DNA of 64,000 bases from Octopus bimaculoides. Taxonomy: Eukaryota. Location of the stretch: positions 1,828,782 through 1,892,781 of the forward strand of contig NC_068984.1 in the NCBI RefSeq assembly GCF_001194135.2, in the 5' to 3' direction. This document shows, piece after piece, positions 51,691 through 64,000 of this stretch (position 1 is its first letter; every line of letters starts with the position of its first letter). The notes below the pieces were generated by a model that searched no databases, was not told where the DNA came from, and saw nothing but the letters and a program-made list of their open reading frames with translations. The translations under genes and the position numbers were made by a program.

Positions 51691-52602
51691 TGTATATATA
51701 TTAATGTGCAAATATAAACGTGTGTATNNNNNNNNNNNNNNNNNNNNNNNNNNNNNNNNNNNNNNNNNNNNNNNNNNNNNNNNNNNNNNNNNNNNNNNNN
51801 NNNNNNNNNNNNNNNNNNNNNNNNNNNNNNNNNNNNNNNNNNNNNNNNNNNNNNNNNNNNNNNNNNNNNNNNNNNNNNNNNNNNNNNNNNNNNNNNNNNN
51901 NNNNNNNNNNNNNNNNNNNNNNNNNNNNNNNNNNNNNNNNNNNNNNNNNNNNNNNNNNNNNNNNNNNNNNNNNNNNNNNNNNNNNNNNNNNNNNNNNNNN
52001 NNNNNNNNNNNNNNNNNNNNNNNNNNNNNNNNNNNNNNNNNNNNNNNNNNNNNNNNNNNNNNNNNNNNNNNNNNNNNNNNNNNNNNNNNNNNNNNNNNNN
52101 NNNNNNNNNNNNNNNNNNNNNNNNNNNNNNNNNNNNNNNNNNNNNNNNNNNNNNNNNNNNNNNNNNNNNNNNNNNNNNNNNNNNNNNNNNNNNNNNNNNN
52201 NNNNNNNNNNNNNNNNNNNNNNNNNNNNNNNNNNNNNNNNNNNNNNNNNNNNNNNNNNNNNNNNNNNNNNNNNNNNNNNNNNNNNNNNNNNNNNNNNNNN
52301 NNNNNNNNNNNNNNNNNNNNNNNNNNNNNNNNNNNNNNNNNNNNNNNNNNNNNNNNNNNNNNNNNNNNNNNNNNNNNNNNNNNNNNNNNNNNNNNNNNNN
52401 NNNNNNNNNNNNNNNNNNNNNNNNNNNNNNNNNNNNNNNNNNNNNNNNNNNNNNNNNNNNNNNNNNNNNNNNNNNNNNNNNNNNNNNNNNNNNNNNNNNN
52501 NNNNNNNNNNNNNNNNNNNNNNNNNNNNNNNNNNNNNNNNNNNNNNNNNNNNNNNNNNNNNNNNNNNNNNNNNNNNTATATATATATATATATACACACA
52601 CA

Positions 52603-52658
<56 letters not shown>

Positions 52659-53429
52659 TGTGTGTGTGTGTGTGCATGTGCGCGAGCATTTACATAGCTA
52701 CATACATATACATGTATATATTAGGAATACATTTACATACACACATGCACACATTCAGCCATCCGTGTGCGCATGTGTGAGCGTGTTAGGATCTGTGACT
52801 TCATAGATTGTATTATACAAATAAAAGAAAATTCCTATCTATGTAGTCGTGTTTTGCAGCGTTTAAATATCAAACAATAATGCTTGATTATATTATCAAG
52901 CAAGCAAATAATATGTATACAAGCAAGTATATCTGAATATATACACTCACATTACATATGGAGAAACACAGGTAACTACAAATACCGACTAAAATGGTGT
53001 GAGTCCAGTAAAAGACTAGCACATGGCGCGTAGTGTATGTTCGGAGAGTTATTCTGAAGTCCATCTTGTTTCAAATGCATAAGACATAGTAATGTAGAAC
53101 GTCTTTGAAATGGCGTCTACAATGTTTCGTGGTGTTAACACACATGCGACGTTTTATGATATGTTACACCATGGTGTAAGACGTTGTAACACACATATGT
53201 ATACATATGTATACATACATGCATACATGCATACATACAGACATAAATACATACATACATACATACATACATACATACATACATACATACGTACGTACGT
53301 ACGCACGTACATACATACATACATACATACATACATACATACACATATATATATACATACATAAGTATGTATCTAAGTATACACACATACACATATGTTT
53401 ATGTGTCTATGTATGTCTGTATCTACATT

Positions 53430-53467
<38 letters not shown>

Positions 53468-54242
53468 TATATANNNNNNNNNNNNNNNNNNNNNNNNNNN
53501 NNNNNNNNNNNNNNNNNNNNNNNNNNNNNNNNNNNNNNNNNNNNNNNNNNNNNNNNNNNNNNNNNNNNNNNNNNNNNNNNNNNNNNNNNNNNNNNNNNNN
53601 NNNNNNNNNNNNNNNNNNNNNNNNNNNNNNNNNNNNNNNNNNNNNNNNNNNNNNNNNNNNNNNNNNNNNNNNNNNNNNNNNNNNNNNNNNNNNNNNNNNN
53701 NNNNNNNNNNNNNNNNNNNNNNNNNNNNNNNNNNNNNNNNNNNNNNNNNNNNNNNNNNNNNNNNNNNNNNNNNNNNNNNNNNNNNNNNNNNNNNNNNNNN
53801 NNNNNNNNNNNNNNNNNNNNNNNNNNNNNNNNNNNNNNNNNNNNNNNNNNNNNNNNNNNNNNNNNNNNNNNNNNNNNNNNNNNNNNNNNNNNNNNNNNNN
53901 NNNNNNNNNNNNNNNNNNNNNNNNNNNNNNNNNNNNNNNNNNNNNNNNNNNNNNNNNNNNNNNNNNNNNNNNNNNNNNNNNNNNNNNNNNNNNNNNNNNN
54001 NNNNNNNNNNNNNNNNNNNNNNNNNNNNNNNNNNNNNNNNNNNNNNNNNNNNNNNNNNNNNNNNNNNNNNNNNNNNNNNNNNNNNNNNNNNNNNNNNNNN
54101 NNNNNNNNNNNNNNNNNNNNNNNNNNNNNNNNNNNNNNNNNNNNNNNNNNNNNNNNNNNNNNNNNNNNNNNNNNNNNNNNNNNNNNNNNNNNNNNNNNNN
54201 NNNNNNNNNNNNNNNNNNNNNNNNNNNNNNNNNNNNNNNNNN

Positions 54243-54279
<37 letters not shown>

Positions 54280-54294
54280 TGTGTGTGTGTATGT

Positions 54295-54830
54295 TCCCCA
54301 CCCCCAACATCGCTTGACAACCGATGCTGATGTGTTTACGACCCCGTAACTTAGCGGTTCAGAATAAGAGACCGATAGAATAAGTACTAGGCTCACAAGT
54401 AATAAGTTCTGGGTTTGATTTGTTCGACTAAAAGGCGGTGCTCCAGCATGGCCGCAGTCAAATGACCGAAACAAATAAGAGAGTAAAAGAGCAGAAAGTA
54501 CTGAACTGTTTCCACTTCGCGATAGTCGAGAGTTTACAGTATATATATCCATGTGAAAGTACACGGCTCAGTGGTTAGATCATGAGGTAGTGGGTTCGAT
54601 TCTGAGATTGGGCTTGGTGTTGTGGTCTTGAGCAAGACACTTTATTTCACGTTGGTCCAATTCACTCAGCTGTAGAAATGAATTGTGACGTCATTGGTTG
54701 TCCTTTGCCTCTCCCCTGGATAACATCAGTGACTTGGCGGCTAGTATGCCTGGGCGACTGCTGGTCTTCCATAGCCTCGGAGGGTAACTTTCTAGGTGCA
54801 ATCCCATGGTCATTCATGACCGAAAGGGTT
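54295..54830 (+). mobile_element. SINE body followed by a second-family tRNA SINE
   Basis: 54295-54480 matches the 29790-29965 body; 54565-54830 matches the 36500 family. Confidence 0.7.
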
Positions 54831-56123
54831 TTTTTTAATCCTTTTATGCAAGCATAATATATATATAGTGAGAATTTACAAACAAAAAACAAAAGACGAA
54901 GACGGGTGTGTAAACAACTAACAAATGTATTAGNNNNNNNNNNATATAGTTCTCATTTTCGAGTGGTTCTAATTTCACACACACACAAACACAAATGCAT
55001 GCGCATATATAAATACACATCATAGAAGAATAGAATGGCATAAGAGGAGCAGGAGCGCACACGAGGACGGAAAGTATCGCTGAAGAGGTCACAGATGTGT
55101 GACGAAAGATTTCTGGACAATGGACCAGGTGGTGCTATTTAGTTAGACATGGTCTGGGCCTATATTGGCCGAAACCTATCAAAGTTATCAAAGTTATATA
55201 TGCATTCACACCTGTGCATATAAGAATTAAGCGTGTACTGACGAGCTACAAATCAAAATATCTCGATGCAAATATATTGTATAGAATGAACAAAGTGCAC
55301 AACAATAAAATTTGGTGCTACAACATCAGCTGAGTATTCAAATGCATGCAAAAGATATCTATACAGGAAAAACGAGATATATATAAAATGATGCCATTCT
55401 AAAAATGAAGACTTCTTTTCTAGGAAAGGGTAACAAGAATATTACACCAAGACAGGAAACCAATTCCTCAGTTCCATCACCAAGAATATGGGATGTGTAA
55501 GTGACAGAACTGAAAGAGGTCGGCTTACTCGTTAAAACTCGGGTGCCATTATAATTGGTTATTGGCTTCTAAATGGCCACAGTTACTATGTTTACCGGGC
55601 AGATTTGGCTTTGAGAGTTGGCCAGTCAACCGTCATTCATTGCATTTTAAAGTATTAATTAATTAATGAAGATATCTTTAATGAAATTAGAAGAATAATT
55701 ACCACCATAACATCAAGATATGTTCACATGGGGATAATAATTTTTCAGGATTTTTAAATTATAAGTATATCCACGAGACAAGTATCAAAATATGTGTATG
55801 CATGTATGTATTATGTATGCATGTATGTATGTATGCGTTTATGCATGTATGTATGTATGTATGTATGTATGTATGTATGTATGTATGTATGCATGTGTGT
55901 TTATGTGTATGTATGTGTGTGTGTATGTATGTATACGTATGTGTGTGTACGTGTGTGTATGTGTGTTGTGTGTGTTTATGTGTGTGTGTATGTGTTTGTG
56001 TGTATGTGTGTATGTATGTGCTTGTGTGTGTTTATGTGTGTTTATGTGTGTGTGTATGTGTGTTGTGTCTGTGTGTTGTGTGTGTTTATGTGTATGTGTG
56101 TGTGTGTATGTGTGTGTGTGTGT

Positions 56124-56162
<39 letters not shown>

Positions 56163-56199
56163 CATGACCACTTTTTTTTTTTATCAGAATTTGTCCTAG

Positions 56200-57650
56200 A
56201 AGAAAGAAGCAGATTTCTAACTAAGAAACAAACTCCATCGTCAAGTTTGGATAACATCAACGCTAAAAGTTACTGAACGAACTGAAGGGGAAGTCTTGTA
56301 TAATTTATAAGTTAGGTTGGTGTCTCTATTAATTGCAGACCCAAGCATGTAGCCTTTGGATTTTTGTGGCAGGAATGATAATGGATTTAATGCCAACCCG
56401 AATTACAGAAAGACGATCTCCTTGGCATATTCACTTTGACATATCTATAACATCAGTGACGATCTTTCCGTTTTCAGTTGTAAGAACGAGTTGTAAGAGC
56501 GAAGATTGTTGCCCAGGTCCTTATGACCCTCTCAATGGCAGCAACTAAGGAAGCATGTACTTCAGCTGCCATCTATCAGATATAGAGCCGAATGCTTTCT
56601 TGTGATCGAGCCATACTGCGCACAAGTTTTCTATGCTGTTGTCTTACTCCGGATGTCACAGCTTTGCTTTGCTTATCAAACGTTGTCTGGCACATCCTCA
56701 CACTCATTTCTTTTCATCTATCTCCTCATCAGTTACTATATTGTTGGACTCACAATGATCCTGGGAGAATTGCCTGAAACAATTTGTGTAGAACTTGTAC
56801 AAAATGTTTCAGCGAGCAATAGGCCAACAGTTTTCTACTAACTCGATAATTTCATTCTTGGCAACAAATTTCATCCGTGCCATTCCAAGCTAATTTGGTA
56901 TGCCCATAGTGTCCATAATTTTCAAGATATACATATCAATGGCTTTCTATAAAATTCAGCACCTTGTACCACTAACCAACTATTAAGACTTTTCCCGGTG
57001 CCTTTCCATTATGTAGTTTGCCTATGATGAAAGTTTCGAGGTCAACTGTCAATATTTTACAGTCGATGTTGGTAAAGAAATCTTTCCCAACTGCATTTTG
57101 CTACGATGCATTAAGGTTGAAATCCATCTTTTGATTTCAGATTTTAGGCGGGAATAATTCAATATTTTGAGAGGAAAATTTCTTAACAGTAACGTCTTTC
57201 TTCATGATCTCTCGTTATAATCTCCGGATAAGAAGCAAAAAGCAGACTTGTGACTTATTCTGGTTCTCTCGAAGATCATTCTACGACAGTGTTGTTTTTC
57301 GTTCAAAGTTCTAATTTCGTCCTTTAAAGTAATTAACTTTCCCTCAAGAGTTTGGTGTAACGATGTCACCGTAGAGTTTTCTTAATTTATGCATAAGCTG
57401 TAATAGGAGAGTCGCGATCTCATTACTTCTCTTACGTTTTATTAATGCGGTTATCCGTCGAATATGGCGGCGTAGATTGCTGATGTTTCCTTTAAGTTTT
57501 ATTTTCCACCTTGGTTGCTTCTATTTTATGATTTCATTGACTGTTGTACTGCAGGTATTCCCTAGGTATTCTTTAAGAGTAACAGCAGCTCTTTATAGGA
57601 AACTATTAATCGTCCAGTAACTCACATTACACGATTTCATCTATTCCCCA
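56200..57650 (-). mobile_element. Highly decayed RLE-clade (R4-like) LINE RT region
   Basis: Minus-strand motifs in RT order: KLHNGKAPG, NILYKFYT, VWLDHKKAFGSI, ICQGDRLSVI. Confidence 0.7.
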
Positions 57651-57703
57651 GCGAGACCGTCGATAACATTCAACATTAAAGCTTTTCTTTAACCTTGTCG
57701 AGC

Positions 57704-57845
57704 ATGTACATTATTTACATTATTTACATCTGACGGATATTTGTCCTCATCTTGTTTGTTGTTGATATACCCTCCAGCCTTCATCAAGTGTCTTGGGGAA
57801 ATTTCTAGGTTCTCATTCCAAAGGTACTTTTCGATGTTGTTGTTG

Positions 57846-57911
<66 letters not shown>

Positions 57912-58215
57912 TTTAAAAAAAGGATTGACGTAACTCTTCACGAAAGTAAATAGTCAAGACGAAGAGTGCGATTCGATTGTAGAGATGTTTTATTCGTTGA
58001 ATAAAACATCAACGAATAAAACATCTATACAATCGAATCGCACTCTTCGTCTTGACTATTATTATTATTATTATTACTATTATTCAGGTCACTGCCTGGA
58101 ATCGAAGTCGGAATCTTGGGGTTAGTAGCCCGCGCTCCTAACCACTACGCTATATGTTAACAAACAAGATGAGGACAAATATCCGTCAAATGTAAATAAT
58201 GTAAATAATGTACAT
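57704..58215 (-). mobile_element. tRNA-headed SINE-like element, copy 3, with inverted terminal tails and an internal hairpin insertion
   Basis: Head 58085-58155 (minus); hammerhead region partly deleted; ~57-bp tail present as an inverted repeat at both ends. Confidence 0.85.
57949..58060. repeat. 51-bp-arm inverted repeat with 10-nt spacer
   Basis: 57949-57999 and 58010-58060 are reverse complements with one mismatch. Confidence 0.95.
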
Positions 58216-58827
58216 AATTCCTCATCTCTTAAATATAGAACTGTTTTCGAGAATGGTCTGTCGCTCAATGACACACACGCAGTTTTCGTTATTCGAAACC
58301 TTCCTCTTAGGAAAGAGTTAGTTTCTAACATATACAAAACTTCATCGTTGGAATGTATTCACGCATGCATGATCATTAAATCCTCATAGTTGTACTTATA
58401 TAAAAATTCAAATATTTTGTGTAAAGTCAAATTCCTCCCTGATTCTTCCTTCAATCAAAATTTCTCTTTTCAGACAAGAAATTCCCGTCTTCACGGGTGT
58501 GGTACTAACNNNNNNNNNNNNGGGGGGGGGGGGTTACTAACAGATTCTCGATTGAAAAATCAACGTTGGCTTATTGATTTCTCACCTGTCGTTGTTGTTG
58601 CAGTTTCAATCCGTTTAGAGTGTGATACGTGACTGGGTGGAGTAGGTTCTGTCGGTTTTTCTTGTCACACAAGGTTACACCTATTTGTCACAGGAAGAAG
58701 AAAAACGCTCACTCATTCCCCTCACACACATATGCACACATTCACACCATATACACATGCACACAGACACACGCTTGCACAGAGGTAGATATACACACAG
58801 AGGTACATACACAGATACGCATACAAG

Positions 58828-58858
<31 letters not shown>

Positions 58859-58989
58859 ACACGTACACACACGTACACACGCGCACAAACACATAATGCA
58901 CACGTAGATATTGAAATAGATTGGTAGTCACAATGGATTTCTGTTTATCTATTTATAAAGTGGGCCATACAAGAATATAATAGATTATA

Positions 58990-59150
58990 TACATAAGTCC
59001 CGGGGGTCACCTGTTCTCGAGAACAAAGCAAAGCTTCTTAGAAAATAAAGAATTCGAAGTTCTAGGTCTGAGTGTCGGAGTGTTTCATAATATTCAAGGT
59101 GGTGGTCCAGCATGGCCGCAGCCAAATGACTGAAACAAGTGAAAGATAAA
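58990..59150 (+). mobile_element. SINE body, 3' part
   Basis: ATAAGTCCCGGGGGTC..GGTGGTCCAGCATGGCCGCAGCCAAATGACTGAAACAAG. Confidence 0.6.
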
Positions 59151-60149
59151 TGATGCACATACGTATATTCATACACACACGCACACATTTATGCTCACAC
59201 ACATGCACATACACTCACACGCGCACCCCTCCCCACACCCACCCATTAATGGTTGTACTTGTTGCGAAGTAGCATTAGATAATGATTCACTTCTGCTCCT
59301 TTTTCATCACCTCTGACTCGAACCCCTCTTTATAATCCCATTTTCTTTTTGTCTTCTGAGGTGTTAAGCAAGGTGCCGTCGTACCCCATAAGAAATATTT
59401 CCACAGAAAACGAGAAAAAGTGGATCGATGGTTGAAATAAAAAATTAATCAATGAACTCCGTGTTAGTTATTGAATTGTTATTTAATGTTAGCTTTTTCG
59501 AGGCAGTATGGCGGAATGGCTTAGAAGTTCGCTTCTCATTTGCCATGTTCCATTTCGATAGCACTGCCTGCCATCTTGACCAAATGTCTTTTACCATTGT
59601 TTGGGGGTTAACCCGATCCTTGAGAGTGAAACGGAGTCGATGGAAACTGTGCAGAAGCCATTTCAGGTAAATTGTATTTGTAATTGTAAAAAGGTACAAC
59701 TTTATATCACGCGCTGTGCCATGCCAGTTCTTACTAAGAACTGAGTTAACGCTACACATGCCTCTGGAATACTCAGTCACTTATATGTTGATTCAGGCGA
59801 TCAAGCAACTCACCTAACTCCCCAATATCTGCAACATTCATTTCCCCTCTTTTGTGGAGAGCTAGCTAAAGGAGAACGACCTCCACATAAACCAAAAAAG
59901 AGATATAAAGACTTGCTGAAGGTTTCCTTAAGGATAAATACATATAACAAGATTGGCTCTTCAAAAAAGAGAGATTATTACTGTGATAAAATAATGAAAG
60001 CAATATTGTCTAAGCAAGTGAGCATTATTATACAAGTGAATAATTAGACGTAAAATATTAAAAAAATTATTAGAGTTGGTAATCATATGTGAAAAATATT
60101 ATCGAGTAGCTAGCAGAAAACCGCCCGGAGGGCGGTCTTTCTGTGCTAG

Positions 60150-60202
<53 letters not shown>

Positions 60203-60604
60203 AGAAAGTGTGTGTGTGAGTAATATATATATATATATGTGTATGTATTACACACGCGCACGCACACACACACATATATTTACATATAAACACACATAGT
60301 TAAATATATGCATACACACACACACACACGTATATATATGTACATATATGTATATACATACATATATGTTATATATCTGTATGTATGTATGTATGTATGT
60401 ATGAGTATTTGTTTGTCTATCTAACCAATTAACGATAATAGTGAAATAATCCGTATGAAATATATGAAGTCATTATTGAACTAGATAATTAAATAATATA
60501 ATTTTGATTAATTCACATTCATTTTTTTACTTTTTCTCCTTCTTTCCATTTTCATTTCAGACCGATAATATATTCTAAATTATCATCCTTGTTTATTATC
60601 ATTA

Positions 60605-60660
<56 letters not shown>

Positions 60661-60670
60661 GGTCTGATTG

Positions 60671-60722
<52 letters not shown>

Positions 60723-61208
60723 GGGTGTGTTTTGTTGTCTGTTTTTGTTGAATTTATTTTAGAAGAAATCTCATGTAGCTTTAACAAATCTGGTTGTTCA
60801 GTGAAAGTTCATAACAGCAGACGTTTCTCGCATTTATTCATGCGATTTGATCAGAAAGGCGTATTATAGTTAGAAAGGCACGTCAGCGGCTTTGATTTAC
60901 GACTTGTGTTTACATTGCAGCATCTGGTAAAAAGAACTCTTAGCTTTGTTCTTGTTCAATTAAGTTTTCTTTTTACTTTCTCTTTTTATCTGCTACTCTT
61001 TAGATATTTCTGCTCGGAAACAACTACATTAGCTTTCAATTTATTTCCGCGCAAGGGTTTCTTTCTCGTGATTAACGTCGCCATCTTATTTCTGCTTTTT
61101 ACAAACACTGCTTGTGTGTGTGTGTGTTGTGCGTGTGAATGTGAGCACGGGTGTGTGTGTGCATATCTATTTGTATATGTATATATATGAATATATGTAT
61201 GTATGCAT

Positions 61209-61299
<91 letters not shown>

Positions 61300-61314
61300 C
61301 ATATATACATACAA

Positions 61315-61427
<113 letters not shown>

Positions 61428-62169
61428 GTATGTTTATGTAAAACACACACATATACACTTTTATTATATTTATATGTGTGTGTAAATCTTGCTTTGCTTT
61501 TTTTAATTATACAAGCTCTTCCTTTACACATGGAACCGGTTTCGAATAAAGAAATTTAACGCCATCTTTAGAATTTAGGTCAAAAACCACGACGAGGAAG
61601 TTTTTCCGGCAACGATAGATTTTGGAAAAGTATATTTTCATTTAAGTTTCGCTAACAGATCGAATTTTCAAAGTGAAAGTGAGCGACAGTGGAAACGATT
61701 TGTGGTAATAGTGACGGTTCTTTCCGTTTTGATTTCACTGCCAAGTTGGGTGGTGCCGTTGATCTGTTACCCAATTTAAAACAGTCACCTGAGTTTGGGC
61801 TGTACTTACCATAAAGGAGTTTCTCTGAGGCAAGATAATAACTAAATATTTTCGTGAGTCTTTAGATGTTTCAGTCGAAGACTTAGCTCGGATTCTTGCA
61901 ACAGATTGGATTCTGCTAATTATATCTAAGGCCCTGGTGTTGAAATTAACCCGAGTGGAAGGTCAAGAATACCACCCAGTTCCGACCAGATAACATTTCT
62001 CCCAGAAATTACACTAGATTTGCTTTAAAATCCATTTTATTAATATATTCTTTCAAAAACCATTTTGGTTTTTAGAAGAAAAAGCTTGACGGTGATCAAG
62101 TAAACGATCAATTCTGGTGACGTTACTGGGAAGAAGAAAAGAAAAAAAAGAGAGATAAAGAAAGAAGTG

Positions 62170-62226
<57 letters not shown>

Positions 62227-62326
62227 GATATGAAGGAGTGATAACGGAAGAAGTAAAGAGAGAAGATGAGAGAGAGAGAAAGAGAGAGGGAGAGGGAGAG
62301 AGGAAAGAGAGAAAGGTATATATATA

Positions 62327-62454
62327 CAGGGTGTCCGCAATGTCTGGGTACATGGGGGATTAACGCATGCGTTAAGAAATTATTATTTCTTATATTTAAT
62401 TGCTTATTTTATGATTTTATTTACTCCATGTACCCAGACCTTGTGGACACCCGG
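62327..62454. mobile_element. Tc1/mariner-type MITE, 128 bp
   Basis: TIRs CAGGGTGTCCGCAATGTCTGGGTACATGG and reverse CCGGGTGTCCACAAGGTCTGGGTACATGG; TA on both sides. Confidence 0.85.
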
Positions 62455-63005
62455 TATATCCTGCAATCAATTCGGTTTCTGTTATTTTTCAAATGATTCC
62501 TGAAGTATCTACGACTACATTTTTCTAATATGTCTGTTGCATTTTTAATTTTCTTAAAATAATAGAGAGTGATTTGAGGCAGGTTTGGCTGCTATAACCT
62601 GTATTTAAAACTGTTAAGTAAATGCTCTTCCTCTGATTGGCTGAAAATCTCCAGAGTAAATCAGCTTGGCAAGATATTCGAACTCAAGATTTGAAGATGA
62701 CACCTCATCACGTATACCACATGTTAAGGTGATAAACTACTACACATCCCCATGACTCCTATTTTCTGTTAAGTGAAATGGGACATTTAAAGCCTCCCCT
62801 ATAACGAAAGACAAATCAGTGATTATTTGGTTGGTAGACCGATACTTTTTCTATCTACCCGAGGTACAGATGATCAGTAGAGGGGGAAGGGGGATGGTCA
62901 ACTGTAAAAGCAAAAAACCAAAAAACAAAACAAACTGGTACGACCAAGAACCAAACTACAACATAACAACAGCAGCAGCAACATCTACTGCTACTACTAC
63001 TACTG

Positions 63006-63059
<54 letters not shown>

Positions 63060-63164
63060 GGGGATAGTTAGAGAAAGGGCGGCACAGGTGATCTTTGCCG
63101 CTCTTCACCAATTTAGACTGGGGAGATCAATGCCAGTAATGTTCAAATTGAATTTCTAACGCGA

Positions 63165-64000
63165 GTAGTTTGTCTAGACAAAACGCTATTGCCACGGTGG
63201 CGTTTGTCTAGATAAAACGTTATTGCCACGGTAACGTTTAACTGGTCAAAACGTTACTGCCAAAGTGGTGTTTGACTGGACAGAACGTTACCTCCACGGT
63301 GGCATTTGACTGGACAAAAGTTACTGCTACGGTGGCGTTTGACTGGACTGCCAAAGTGGCGTTTGACTGAACAAAACGTTACTGCCAAAGTGGCGTTTGA
63401 CTGGACAAAACGTTACTGCCAAAGTGGCGTTTGACTGGACAAAACGTTACAGCCACGGTGACGTTTGACTGGACAAAACATTATTGCCAAGGTGGCGTTT
63501 GACTGGACAAAACGTTACTGCCAAAGTGGTGTTTGACTGGACAAAACGTTACCTCCACGGTGGAGTTTGACTGGACAAAACGTTACTGCTACGGTGGAGT
63601 TTGACTGGACTGCCAAAGTGGCGTTTGACTGAACAAAACGTTACTGCCAAAGTGGCGTTTGACTGGACAAAACGTTACTGCCAAAGTGGTNNNNNNNNNN
63701 NNNNNNNNNNNNNNNNNNNNNNNNNNNNNNNNNNNNNNNNNNNNNNNNNNNNNNNNNNNNNNNNNNNNNNNNNNNNNNNNNNNNNNNNNNNNNNNNNNNN
63801 NNNNNNNNNNNNNNNNNNNNNNNNNNNNNNNNNNNNNNNNNNNNNNNNNNNNNNNNNNNNNNNNNNNNNNNNNNNNNNNNNNNNNNNNNNNNNNNNNNNN
63901 NNNNNNNNNNNNNNNNNNNNNNNNNNNCGTTTGACTGGACAAAACATTATTGCCAAGGTGGCGTTTGACTGGACAAAACGTTACTGCCAAAGTGGTGTTT
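63165..64000. repeat. 34-bp minisatellite GTGGCGTTTGACTGGACAAAACGTTACTGCCAAA with ~260-bp higher-order repeat
   Basis: Monomer starts at 63356 and 63390; diagnostic variants repeat between 63261 and 63521; continues through an N gap to the window end. Confidence 0.95.

Noticed and set aside
51619-54564. Long ORFs of 290-385 aa
   Set aside because: Artefacts of N gaps and dinucleotide repeats; the same applies to the HTHT/CVCV/YLSI ORFs throughout the window.
56188-56276. Phase-compatible candidate last exon for gene B (FVLEERSRF..SY*)
   Set aside because: Antisense to a LINE remnant and lacks SEYSH; 51319-51446 fits far better.
60561-60568. Strong-looking acceptor giving HR* (similar one at 58474)
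   Set aside because: No homology support; acceptor-like tracts are common in T-rich DNA. An alternative last exon cannot be excluded without RNA data.
63165-64000. CRISPR-like array
   Set aside because: Contiguous tandem monomers without unique spacers, eukaryotic context, no cas genes.

Overview
Repeat-rich, gappy eukaryotic genomic DNA. The AT-rich background, dense (CA)n/(AT)n/(AAT)n microsatellites and the SINE/LINE content resemble an octopus/cephalopod scaffold; the species is inference. Two same-strand, tandem LHFPL tetraspan genes (LHFPL3/4/5, Tmhs-like) are well supported, each with three coding exons and phase-1 introns at the same positions. Gene A is join(1569..1977,5015..5254,5811..5965), 267 aa, and is divergent. 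Gene B is join(34933..35341,45048..45281,51319..51446), 256 aa, and keeps the canonical YHTNYVRNSRAI motif. The rest is decayed mobile DNA (RTE, CR1-like, Tx1-like, R4/Dong-like and Penelope-like retroelements, a mariner, a Tc1-type MITE, many tRNA-derived SINEs), microsatellites, N gaps and a 34-bp minisatellite. The most interesting signal is a three-copy tRNA-headed SINE-like element whose 3' part folds into a minimal type I hammerhead ribozyme of the Penelope kind. One copy has a 12-bp target-site duplication; another has an inverted tail starting at the predicted cleavage site. Further hammerhead folds occur in Penelope-like remnants. All folds and homologies were judged by eye; no search or folding program was run.
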